A stretch of DNA of 58,183 nt. It comes from a virus. Below are positions 48,974-56,646 of this stretch, one piece after another. A program made the position numbers and the translations under genes. Where the stretch lies: the IMG/VR virus record IMGVR_UViG_3300034069_000553, positions 1 through 58,183 of that record; one strand, given 5' to 3'. Each line of letters starts with the position of its first letter. Position 1 is the first letter of the stretch. The notes beneath the pieces are model-generated. The model was not told the origin of the DNA, made no database searches, and saw only the letters and a program-made list of their open reading frames with translations.

Positions 48974-50859
48974 GCAACAGCTATTTCGATCTGCCCAACG
49001 ACGGGGCAGTACGCCCTTTCAGCCGCGCGCGCGCCGAAGAGGTGCGAACCATCTTCGCCATGGTGCAGGACGGTTTCGACAAGCTTCCCGAGCCCGACCT
49101 GATCCAGCAGGGGCGCATTACCGATGTGACCGACACCGGTTCCACGAACGTGCTTTCCGGCGATTTGGCTTCGCCGCCTACGGAACTGGTAACGGGCATT
49201 GTTGTCACGATCACGCCAGCGGCTACGAACACCGGCTCGGCTACATTCAACCTCAACGGCTTGGGCGCGCGACCGCTGGTGAACACCGATGGCTCTGCTG
49301 TAATCGCGGGGCAGGTCGTGGCAGGCGTCGCGGTGCAGATTCGATATGAGGGCGCTGCGTGGCGTATCCTCACCGGCACTTACCCAGTGCCAGGCCCTAC
49401 CGGCCCCGCTAACAGCACCTATTCGGCGCGCACTAAGGTTGCCAGCGCGAACCCCGCCAATCTTTCGGCGATTCTTACACCGCTGGACATTGCTGGGGTA
49501 TTCACTTGGCAAACTGGTGACTTCTCGCTGCAAGTGGCGATCGACACTCACCAAGCGATCTATATCGCATCCATTCTGGTGCCGGTGACGCAGGGCTGCT
49601 GGGTGCGCCGGTTTTCTGGTGCTGCGCAGGCGGTGTGGGGCGGCTTTTCAGAGACTGCGAGCGCCGCATACAATAGCGAGGCTATCGGGCAGCTTCTGAG
49701 ACTGGCGCGGGTTGTGGAGCTTCCCGCCGGTTGGTTCCTGTGGAATGGCGTGCCGTTCGACGTGCCCGGCTCTACGATCTTCGGGCAGGGCATGAACCTG
49801 ACAGTTCTGGTCGCCAGCAACAGCGCGCATGTCTATCCGAACACCGGCACCGGCTACCGCATCCGTGATCTGGAACTGTTCACCACCGGCACAGGCGCGC
49901 TTGCGGGCATGGTGGGGTCGTATCACCAGGACGTGTCAGACTTTCGTATCGAGCGCGTGCGCTTTCGCGCGACGGCGGCGTGCACGACCAATGCGTTCAC
50001 GATCGTGGCGGATTTCTCGCCTGTCGGCTGGTCCGATATCCACCTGACGGACTGCGAATTTATCAATGCCGGCGGGATGGGTGTCGAGCTTCAAAGCCAC
50101 GGCAGCAATCCGAATCGCTATTCCTTTCAGCGCGTGTTTATCGAGCGTTGCAAAATCGAGAATCCCGGCCGCAATCCGGCCTTCAATGATCGTAGCATGT
50201 GCATTTCCGTAAGCGGGTTCAGCCGCGATGTGGTGGTGAAAAGCTGCACGCTGTCGGGTGCGGCAAACGTCGGCCTCGAAATGATCCACACGCAGTCCAT
50301 GTTGGTGGCGGACAACACCTTCGCCAGCATGACCGGCTCGCTCATAAGCGTCACGAATACGACGCAAGAGTCCGGGCACAAGATCGTCGGGTCAAGAATG
50401 ATCGGCGTTAGCGGGAACAAGGTGGAGTTCCACAGCCTCTATAACAGTCTTGTGGACGGCAACGACTTCTTTGTCGTAAACGCAGTAGAAACCAAGGGTT
50501 CCGGCAACGACATTCGCAACAACAGAATACTATCCTTGACTGGTAATGGTCTGGTGATTGAAGGCTTTGTGCCGCCGACCGGGCCTGTTACTCAGGGGCA
50601 GGTCAACAACGTTCAGGGGAACACCATATCGGCAGCTGGACCAATCGTTCTATTCTTGGGCGGGGCGGCAGCAAATCTGGTCACGAACAACACCTTGATA
50701 TGCACGACACCAGACGCATCGCCAGAAGACGCCAGCCGCTATTACAACGACACCAATCCGGGCGGCAAGAATCTGGCAATCGGCAACTGGCGTCGAGCAG
50801 GTGGCGCCACCCCCAAATACGAATATCCGGTCGCCCCGACCGCCACTCCCGCGACCTGA
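48970..50859 (+). CDS. tailspike/tail fibre with a right-handed beta-helix (depolymerase-type) domain
   Basis: N-terminal fibre-like TNTGSATFNLNGLGARPLVNTDGS; repeated beta-helix rungs (NNRILSLTGNGLVIEG etc.); ATGA start chosen over the long track ORF. Confidence 0.65.
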   Translation: MSNSYFDLPNDGAVRPFSRARAEEVRTIFAMVQDGFDKLPEPDLIQQGRITDVTDTGSTNVLSGDLASPPTELVTGIVVTITPAATNTGSATFNLNGLGARPLVNTDGSAVIAGQVVAGVAVQIRYEGAAWRILTGTYPVPGPTGPANSTYSARTKVASANPANLSAILTPLDIAGVFTWQTGDFSLQVAIDTHQAIYIASILVPVTQGCWVRRFSGAAQAVWGGFSETASAAYNSEAIGQLLRLARVVELPAGWFLWNGVPFDVPGSTIFGQGMNLTVLVASNSAHVYPNTGTGYRIRDLELFTTGTGALAGMVGSYHQDVSDFRIERVRFRATAACTTNAFTIVADFSPVGWSDIHLTDCEFINAGGMGVELQSHGSNPNRYSFQRVFIERCKIENPGRNPAFNDRSMCISVSGFSRDVVVKSCTLSGAANVGLEMIHTQSMLVADNTFASMTGSLISVTNTTQESGHKIVGSRMIGVSGNKVEFHSLYNSLVDGNDFFVVNAVETKGSGNDIRNNRILSLTGNGLVIEGFVPPTGPVTQGQVNNVQGNTISAAGPIVLFLGGAAANLVTNNTLICTTPDASPEDASRYYNDTNPGGKNLAIGNWRRAGGATPKYEYPVAPTATPAT

Positions 50860-50870
50860 AAGGCTCTCCG

Positions 50871-51068
50871 ATGCTCACCGACTATCAGAAGATGCGCGGC
50901 CTGGAAGTGGCAGAGCAGGGCGGCGACGTAGGGGCTGTCGCGCTTGCGCTGGCCCGCGCTGCCCCAAGCCCCGTGATGACGCAGCCGATCGACATGGGTA
51001 TGCAGATTGTGCGTCCGACCGCCGCAGATTTTATGGCCGATGCCCGCGCGTTGGTGGCGGCGCGATGA
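50871..51068 (+). CDS. hypothetical small protein
   Basis: ATG 50871. Confidence 0.45.
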   Translation: MLTDYQKMRGLEVAEQGGDVGAVALALARAAPSPVMTQPIDMGMQIVRPTAADFMADARALVAAR

Positions 51069-51574
51069 GCCCCGTCGTTGCTCGGGCGGCGGCTGACGCT
51101 GTGGTGAAAACCACTTCCGGAGAATCCATCTCTAATGGCATCTGGACCTTGGTGGGTCTGGCGGTGGCGGGCACCCTCACTGCCTTGGGCATCTGGCTCA
51201 AGAACCGCCCTGCTGGAAAACTAGCGGATGCAGAGGCACGCAAGGTTGAGTTGGATGGTGACGAGAAGCTGCGCAATGAAATGTGGCGCGACATCGAGAA
51301 GCTGAAGGCCAACAAAGAGGAAACCGGCCGCCGGCTGACGTTGGCAGAAACCAAGATTGCCGCCCAAGAGAGCCAGATTGGTCAGCTGCGGTTCTTGGTG
51401 GCGCTGGTGAACAGCGAGTTGGAGCGCGTTTCGCCTGGCAATGCCATTGCCAAGCAAGTTCGTCTCATCATGGACGACATGCAGACCCTCGCCAGCAACA
51501 GCCATACGCAGGACGTGGCCGAGATCGTGGATTCCGTGTCCAAGCTATGTGTCGTCAAAGGAGTAGGTGAATGA
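51065..51574 (+). CDS. membrane-anchored coiled-coil protein (lysis-associated?)
   Basis: TM IWTLVGLAVAGTLTALGIWL followed by a heptad-like helix. Confidence 0.45.
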   Translation: MSPVVARAAADAVVKTTSGESISNGIWTLVGLAVAGTLTALGIWLKNRPAGKLADAEARKVELDGDEKLRNEMWRDIEKLKANKEETGRRLTLAETKIAAQESQIGQLRFLVALVNSELERVSPGNAIAKQVRLIMDDMQTLASNSHTQDVAEIVDSVSKLCVVKGVGE

Positions 51575-52071
51575 CAGACCCCCGCTGGCTCAAGCTCGCG
51601 CGAACCGATCTCGGCATTCGGGAAACGCCCGGCGTTGCCAACAACCCGGTGCTGATGAAGCGCTTTTCGTCCATCACCAAAGCGCTCGGCATATTCTACA
51701 ACGCGGACAGCGTGCCGTGGTGCGGTGCGATGATGGCGTGGTGGATGACGCAGAGCCTGATCGCGCCGCCCGCAATCGCAGTGCGGGCGAAGAGCTGGGC
51801 AACGTGGGGCTCGAACCTCGCCGCCGACAAGCTGGCGCCGGGCGCCGTGCTGGTGTTCGAGCGCGAGGGCGGCGGGCATGTCGCGATGTACGTGGGCGAG
51901 GACAGCACGCACTATCATTGCCTGGGGGGCAATCAGGGCGACGCTATCTCAATCACGCGCATCGCCAAGAGCCGCTGCGTCGCGCGCCGCTGGCCCAAGG
52001 GCGAGCCTGTCATCGGCGGGTCGGTGAAGCTGACCGCGGCGGGAGCGTCGGTGTCGAGGGGCGAGGGGTAG
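51571..52071 (+). CDS. endolysin candidate (TIGR02594 / NlpC-P60-CHAP-like)
   Basis: GIRETPGVANNP...DSVPWCGAMMAW...GGHVAMYVGE...CLGGNQGDAISI. Confidence 0.7.
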   Translation: MTDPRWLKLARTDLGIRETPGVANNPVLMKRFSSITKALGIFYNADSVPWCGAMMAWWMTQSLIAPPAIAVRAKSWATWGSNLAADKLAPGAVLVFEREGGGHVAMYVGEDSTHYHCLGGNQGDAISITRIAKSRCVARRWPKGEPVIGGSVKLTAAGASVSRGEG

Positions 52072-52074
52072 AAT

Positions 52075-52431
52075 ATGAACCGCAGCCTTCAGCTCTCGGG
52101 CCTTTGGGCTCTTACCGGGCTTGCCTCGCTTTTGCTGGTCCTGATCGGTGTCGCGTTCGGTATCATGGGGTATCATATCGGGGAAGATGGCCGTGTGCCG
52201 GCAGCGGAGGCGTTTGGTCTGACGGCTTTGCTGCTGTCGTTTCGTGAGGTGATCGGCTCTATTCGAGCGCTGTACGATCATGAGGATCGGGCCAACCTGA
52301 CGGACAAACTGGCGGCATCCACGCCAAGCGCAGAGATCGTGGCGCCAGCATCTGCCGCTGACGCAGGCAGCGCCGCCGATGCGGTGGCTGGTGCCGCGCA
52401 GGGCGAAGCAGACAGGATCAACGACCAATGA
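52075..52431 (+). CDS. holin candidate (2 TM)
   Basis: two hydrophobic helices; positioned between endolysin and spanins. Confidence 0.5.
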   Translation: MNRSLQLSGLWALTGLASLLLVLIGVAFGIMGYHIGEDGRVPAAEAFGLTALLLSFREVIGSIRALYDHEDRANLTDKLAASTPSAEIVAPASAADAGSAADAVAGAAQGEADRINDQ

Positions 52432-52796
52432 ACCGCGCACGCATCATCGGCTTCGCTATCGCGTGCGCGGTAATGTTGGTCATCATGCTCGTGGTATCAC
52501 GCTGCATGGCCGAACCCGCCCGGCAGGAAGCTGCCGCCGCGAAGGTGGATGCCAGCCTATCCGACGCCCGCGCCGCATCTGGGCAGGACGCCGTGGGCGC
52601 TGTCGCTGCGGCGGGCGCGCGCGAGGCGGAAAGCGAACAGCTCACAAGGGAGAACGACAATGCGATCCATTCTGCGCTTGGGGCTGGTGCTCCGGTCAAT
52701 GCTGGCGTTGCCGATGCTGGCCGTCGCGGGCTGTGCCGCCGGGCCGCCTATCGTGACAGCGAGCAATGCAAGCGGCTGCTCAGCGCTCGTCCCTGA
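52428..52796 (+). CDS. i-spanin (Rz-like)
   Basis: N-terminal TM IIGFAIACAVMLVIMLVV and a periplasmic helical body. Confidence 0.65.
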   Translation: MNRARIIGFAIACAVMLVIMLVVSRCMAEPARQEAAAAKVDASLSDARAASGQDAVGAVAAAGAREAESEQLTRENDNAIHSALGAGAPVNAGVADAGRRGLCRRAAYRDSEQCKRLLSARP

Positions 52797-53004
52797 TGGC
52801 TGGCGGTTGCCTGTTCCCGGTGCCGATATGCCGGGAGCCGATACCGTGGGCGACTGGATTGCTTTCGGCGATGCGCAGACTGGACGCCTCGACGTTGCCA
52901 ACGGCCGGACTGCCGACGCCATCGCGATCGTTGAGCGGTGCGAGGCCCGAGATCGCGCCGCTGTCGTCGGGGTGACGCGCAAGAAGGTACTCGGCCTGTT
53001 CTAG
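52660..53004 (+). CDS. o-spanin lipoprotein (Rz1-like), overlapping the i-spanin out of frame
   Basis: lipobox LAVAGC after a signal sequence. Confidence 0.65.
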   Translation: MRSILRLGLVLRSMLALPMLAVAGCAAGPPIVTASNASGCSALVPDGWRLPVPGADMPGADTVGDWIAFGDAQTGRLDVANGRTADAIAIVERCEARDRAAVVGVTRKKVLGLF

Positions 53005-53047
53005 GGAGAGCATTTCGGCTAAAGCTGCGGAGGCAAGGGGTGAAGAC

Positions 53048-53656
53048 ATGGCGTTCGATGCGAATGGAAACTGGAAGCCGGAAGACGATTCCGTCGCTAC
53101 GCGCCTCAACGCGCTCACGACCAGCAACAGCCCTTACATCACCGCCGCACGAACGTCGGGGATGGCAACTGCCAACCGTCGCGGCTTGCTCAATTCGAGC
53201 ATGGCGGCCGGGGCATCGGAGGGCGCCGCGATTGCAGCGGCAGCGCCGATCGCCAGCCAAGACGCGCAGCAGCTTTCGCAGAAGAATCTAGCCTATCAGC
53301 AGGGCGGATATGACATGGACCGGCAAAAGATCGTGACGGCATCTGCTGATCGATCGGCTGCGCTCAGCGCCGCATTGACGGCAAACGGGCAGTATCTCGA
53401 TTCCTTCAATGGCCTCGCGGCAAACAAGGATATCCCGGCGGCAACGCGCGATGCGTACATCACGCATTTGCAGAATACCCGTTCGACCGGATTGGATATG
53501 ATCCAGCAGGTCTATGGCATCAACCTCGATTGGGCGGGGAAGCCCGGAGCAAGCACGGCGCCGGCGCCGGCCGCCGGTGGGTATGGTGTGGTGCCGACCG
53601 ACAAGAACGGTGTCCAAGGCGGCGGTGGCGGGTTCAACCCGTATCTCGTGCCATGA
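53048..53656 (+). CDS. hypothetical internal virion protein candidate
   Basis: position; Ala/Ser/Gly-rich. Confidence 0.45.
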   Translation: MAFDANGNWKPEDDSVATRLNALTTSNSPYITAARTSGMATANRRGLLNSSMAAGASEGAAIAAAAPIASQDAQQLSQKNLAYQQGGYDMDRQKIVTASADRSAALSAALTANGQYLDSFNGLAANKDIPAATRDAYITHLQNTRSTGLDMIQQVYGINLDWAGKPGASTAPAPAAGGYGVVPTDKNGVQGGGGGFNPYLVP

Positions 53657-54129
53657 TCCGCGCCGCGCGCTTTGCCGATATTCCACGGCTCACCGACTTG
53701 CTTTGCGAGATGCACGATCACTCCAAATATGCGGGGGTGGTGGAAGTCTCCCGCCCGGCGGCGCAGGGTCTATTGCAGAACGCCATTCGCCGGCACGACG
53801 GTGAACACGACGGCGGCGCGCTGGTGATGGTGGACGAGCAGGCGGGGGAGATCGAGGGGTTCATCGTCGGCGTGCTCAACCGGGTCTATCTGATCGGCGA
53901 CAAGCTCGCGGCCAATGACCTGTTCTTGCACACGACAGGTAAGGCTGGCGGGTTGTCGGCGCTGAAGCTGCTTGCCGCCTACGTCGCGTGGGCCGATCGC
54001 AATCCCAAGGTTCACGAGATCAAGCTGTCATGGACCGACACGATGCCAGGGGCAGAACGTATCGGCATGGTGTATGAGCGAATGGGCTTCGCGCGCTGCG
54101 GCGCGATCTACGAAAGGGGGCGCTCGTGA
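53653..54129 (+). CDS. GNAT-family N-acetyltransferase
   Basis: GNAT-like length and pattern (IEGFIVGVL...FLHTTGKAGG...YERMGF). Confidence 0.6.
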   Translation: MIRAARFADIPRLTDLLCEMHDHSKYAGVVEVSRPAAQGLLQNAIRRHDGEHDGGALVMVDEQAGEIEGFIVGVLNRVYLIGDKLAANDLFLHTTGKAGGLSALKLLAAYVAWADRNPKVHEIKLSWTDTMPGAERIGMVYERMGFARCGAIYERGRS

Positions 54130-54965
54130 GCGGCGTATTCAAGGCTGTCGGCAAGGCGTTCAAGGCTGTCGCCAAGGTGGTAAAGAAGGTTGCCGTCCCG
54201 GCGCTGGTGATCGGCGCCGTGGTGCTGACCGGTGGCGCGGCCATCGGCGCCCTGCCCGCTGTCGGTTCTGTTCTGGGAGGGTTGGGACTGTCAGCGGGGG
54301 TCACGGCAGCACTCACGACAGCTGTAACGTCGGCGGGAATCGGTGCCGCCGTGGGCGGCCTTGGCGCAGCTGCGACCGGCGGCAACATTCTCAAAGGCGC
54401 TACCACAGGCGGCGTTGCCGGCTTTGCGACCGGCGGCTTGCTGGCGGGTGCCGGCTTGGTGGGCGGAGCCGGCGGGGCCGCCACTGGCGGCGCGAGCGCG
54501 GCAACGGGTTCGGGTTCGTCTCTTCTCGGTCCGATCAGCTCGACGGTCGCGCAAGCGGGCGCCGTTCCAGGCATCACAGGCGCGGCGATCGGCGCTGCTC
54601 CGGTGGCCGCCGGTGCCGTCGCGCCGGCGGCGGCATCCGGCGCTGCGGCGGCGGGTGGGGGCGGGTTGCTGGGTGGCTTGGGCGGAACCGGAAAGGCGAT
54701 GATCTTGAGCCAACTGCTTCAGGGCGTTGGCGGCGGGATCAGCGCCCACGAGGACGCCAAGGCGCAGGCGAATATGGTCAAGGATCAGCGCGCCGCGGTC
54801 GCGGCCAACTATGGCGGCGGCGGGATGCTGGCAAGCGGCGGCTTTGTCAGCCAAGACCCGAGCCGGCCGACACCAACCGCGCGGTATGATCCGGTGACCT
54901 TCGGCGGGCGCTATGCCTTCAACAAGGAATCGGGCAAGATCGAGTTCATTCCGAACGCGGCATAA
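54126..54965 (+). CDS. Gly/Ala-rich multi-TM protein (ejection/internal virion candidate)
   Basis: long glycine-zipper-like hydrophobic repeats. Confidence 0.55.
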   Translation: MSGVFKAVGKAFKAVAKVVKKVAVPALVIGAVVLTGGAAIGALPAVGSVLGGLGLSAGVTAALTTAVTSAGIGAAVGGLGAAATGGNILKGATTGGVAGFATGGLLAGAGLVGGAGGAATGGASAATGSGSSLLGPISSTVAQAGAVPGITGAAIGAAPVAAGAVAPAAASGAAAAGGGGLLGGLGGTGKAMILSQLLQGVGGGISAHEDAKAQANMVKDQRAAVAANYGGGGMLASGGFVSQDPSRPTPTARYDPVTFGGRYAFNKESGKIEFIPNAA

Positions 54966-54977
54966 GGGCGCACGAAC

Positions 54978-55643
54978 ATGGCTGGACTGTTGAGCGGCGG
55001 CGGCGTCGCGGTGCCCACGCAGGGCACATCGAACGAACCGGGCGCCGTGCCCGATACCGGAGCGCCCCGCATCAACGGGCCGGCGGAAGAAGCTGGTGCC
55101 AGCCCGTCGCCCAATGAGGTGAGTGACCGGCTCGGCGACGAAGAAGGAATGGAGCAGGCTTCGCCCGAAGAGCAGGCGCAATACGACCAGTTCGTCACCA
55201 ACGGGATGCAGGTCATTTACGACGAGAAAGAGGGCGTTCGCGCTGACATTCTCGCCCGGCTCAAGGAATCCAGCGATCCGAAGGAGAACCTTGCCAACAC
55301 GACGGCATGGCTGGTGACGATGCTGGAAACCAGCGCCGAGAAGAACGGCGCCCAGATCGATGACGCGGTGGTGATGCACGCGGGCAAGGAACTGATGGAG
55401 CAGCTTGCCGACGTTTGCCAGGCGGCGAACATCCACGATTTCAGCGACAAGGATATGGAGGGGGCGTGGTATCGCGGCCTCGACCTGTACCGTGAGACAG
55501 CGACGCAAGATGGGCGCGTGAATCCCGATCAGCTCAAGGAACAGTTCGGCGAGATCGAGCGTGCCGACCAAGAGGGGCGGCTAAACCAACTGTTGCCCGG
55601 CTTTGATCGCGCGCAGGCCGCGACGCAGCAACAGGGGGAATAA
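54978..55643 (+). CDS. hypothetical acidic protein (internal virion candidate)
   Basis: position; coding bias. Confidence 0.5.
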   Translation: MAGLLSGGGVAVPTQGTSNEPGAVPDTGAPRINGPAEEAGASPSPNEVSDRLGDEEGMEQASPEEQAQYDQFVTNGMQVIYDEKEGVRADILARLKESSDPKENLANTTAWLVTMLETSAEKNGAQIDDAVVMHAGKELMEQLADVCQAANIHDFSDKDMEGAWYRGLDLYRETATQDGRVNPDQLKEQFGEIERADQEGRLNQLLPGFDRAQAATQQQGE

Positions 55644-55647
55644 GGCG

Positions 55648-56646
55648 ATGGGGCTTCTCGGCCGAATTGTAGGCGGCGCACTGTCGGGCGTAGGCGCCGG
55701 CATGGCGCAGGCAGCCGAGGCGCGGCGGCAGCAGTCGATGGAAATGCTGCGCCAGCAGTTTCAGACGGAGCGGGACGATCAAGCCTATTCTCGTACCGTA
55801 GAGCGGGATAACGCCAAGTTCGGTCAGCAGAAAGAGCTGAAGAACATTGATTACACCCAGGACGTGGGCAAGATCGCCATGACCGGGAAAGTGCAGCAGC
55901 AGCGCGACGCGACGCAACATGTTTACACCTTGGAGGAAATTGGTGCCAAGAGCGTGGCGGAGAAGGAGCAAATCCGCCTGCGCGAGCAGTTGGGCACCGC
56001 GCGCGATGCGGCATCTATCAAACTGCGAGACAGCTTGGAGACCGGCGATGTTCGCAGCGTCGTGCGAGGTAAGGATGGCCAGTATTACGGAGTCACCGAT
56101 CGCGGATTGATCGCTACCGGAGTGCAGGCCGATCCCACTTCCGCGGACAAGTCAAGCAATGGCGGCGGATCGCTGACGGAAAACGAACAGGCCAACGCCT
56201 TGGCGGAAGCGCGCGCCGACTGGCGAAGGAACGGGAAGCAGGGAGACGAGCCGCGCGCGTCCGATTTCATCGGCATGACGCACGCGGAGTTCGCCGCGCG
56301 GCGCGGCGGTGATGGCACCCCTTCGGAAAGCGCCCCCGGCCTGCTGGCAAATCCCAATCGCAAAGGCGTAACCGTGAAGGCACGCCTCCCCGCACCTGCT
56401 GCCTCAGCCGCTGCCGCACCAGCGGCCGATCCGGTGCCAAGCTACGACCCCAGCCGGGCAGCCGGACTCATGGGGAGCCTGGGCCCCCCCGATATGACGC
56501 GCGGCGTTGCGGCGGCGCAGCGGCAGGAGGCAGGCAATACGTACACATTGGCGGACCTTAAGCAGTTCGCTAAGAGCAAGGGCATGTCGATTGACGAGGC
56601 CCGCCGGTGGGCCTCGAAGCAGGGCATGAAGATGGGGACGCAATGA
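55648..56646 (+). CDS. hypothetical protein (internal virion candidate)
   Basis: ATG 55648; ATGA overlap with the start of the giant ORF. Confidence 0.55.
   Translation: MGLLGRIVGGALSGVGAGMAQAAEARRQQSMEMLRQQFQTERDDQAYSRTVERDNAKFGQQKELKNIDYTQDVGKIAMTGKVQQQRDATQHVYTLEEIGAKSVAEKEQIRLREQLGTARDAASIKLRDSLETGDVRSVVRGKDGQYYGVTDRGLIATGVQADPTSADKSSNGGGSLTENEQANALAEARADWRRNGKQGDEPRASDFIGMTHAEFAARRGGDGTPSESAPGLLANPNRKGVTVKARLPAPAASAAAAPAADPVPSYDPSRAAGLMGSLGPPDMTRGVAAAQRQEAGNTYTLADLKQFAKSKGMSIDEARRWASKQGMKMGTQ

Noticed and set aside
48619-50859. Long N-terminal extensions given by the ORF track (48619..50859, 43823..44869, 40245..42638, 33378..34784, 19834..21030, 20757..21692, 13386..14372, 12082..12807 and others).
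   Set aside because: The extensions overlap the upstream gene in another frame and translate to Arg/Gly-rich filler. Internal ATG/GTG starts with an SD or an ATGA/GTGA stop-start overlap give compact, non-overlapping genes.
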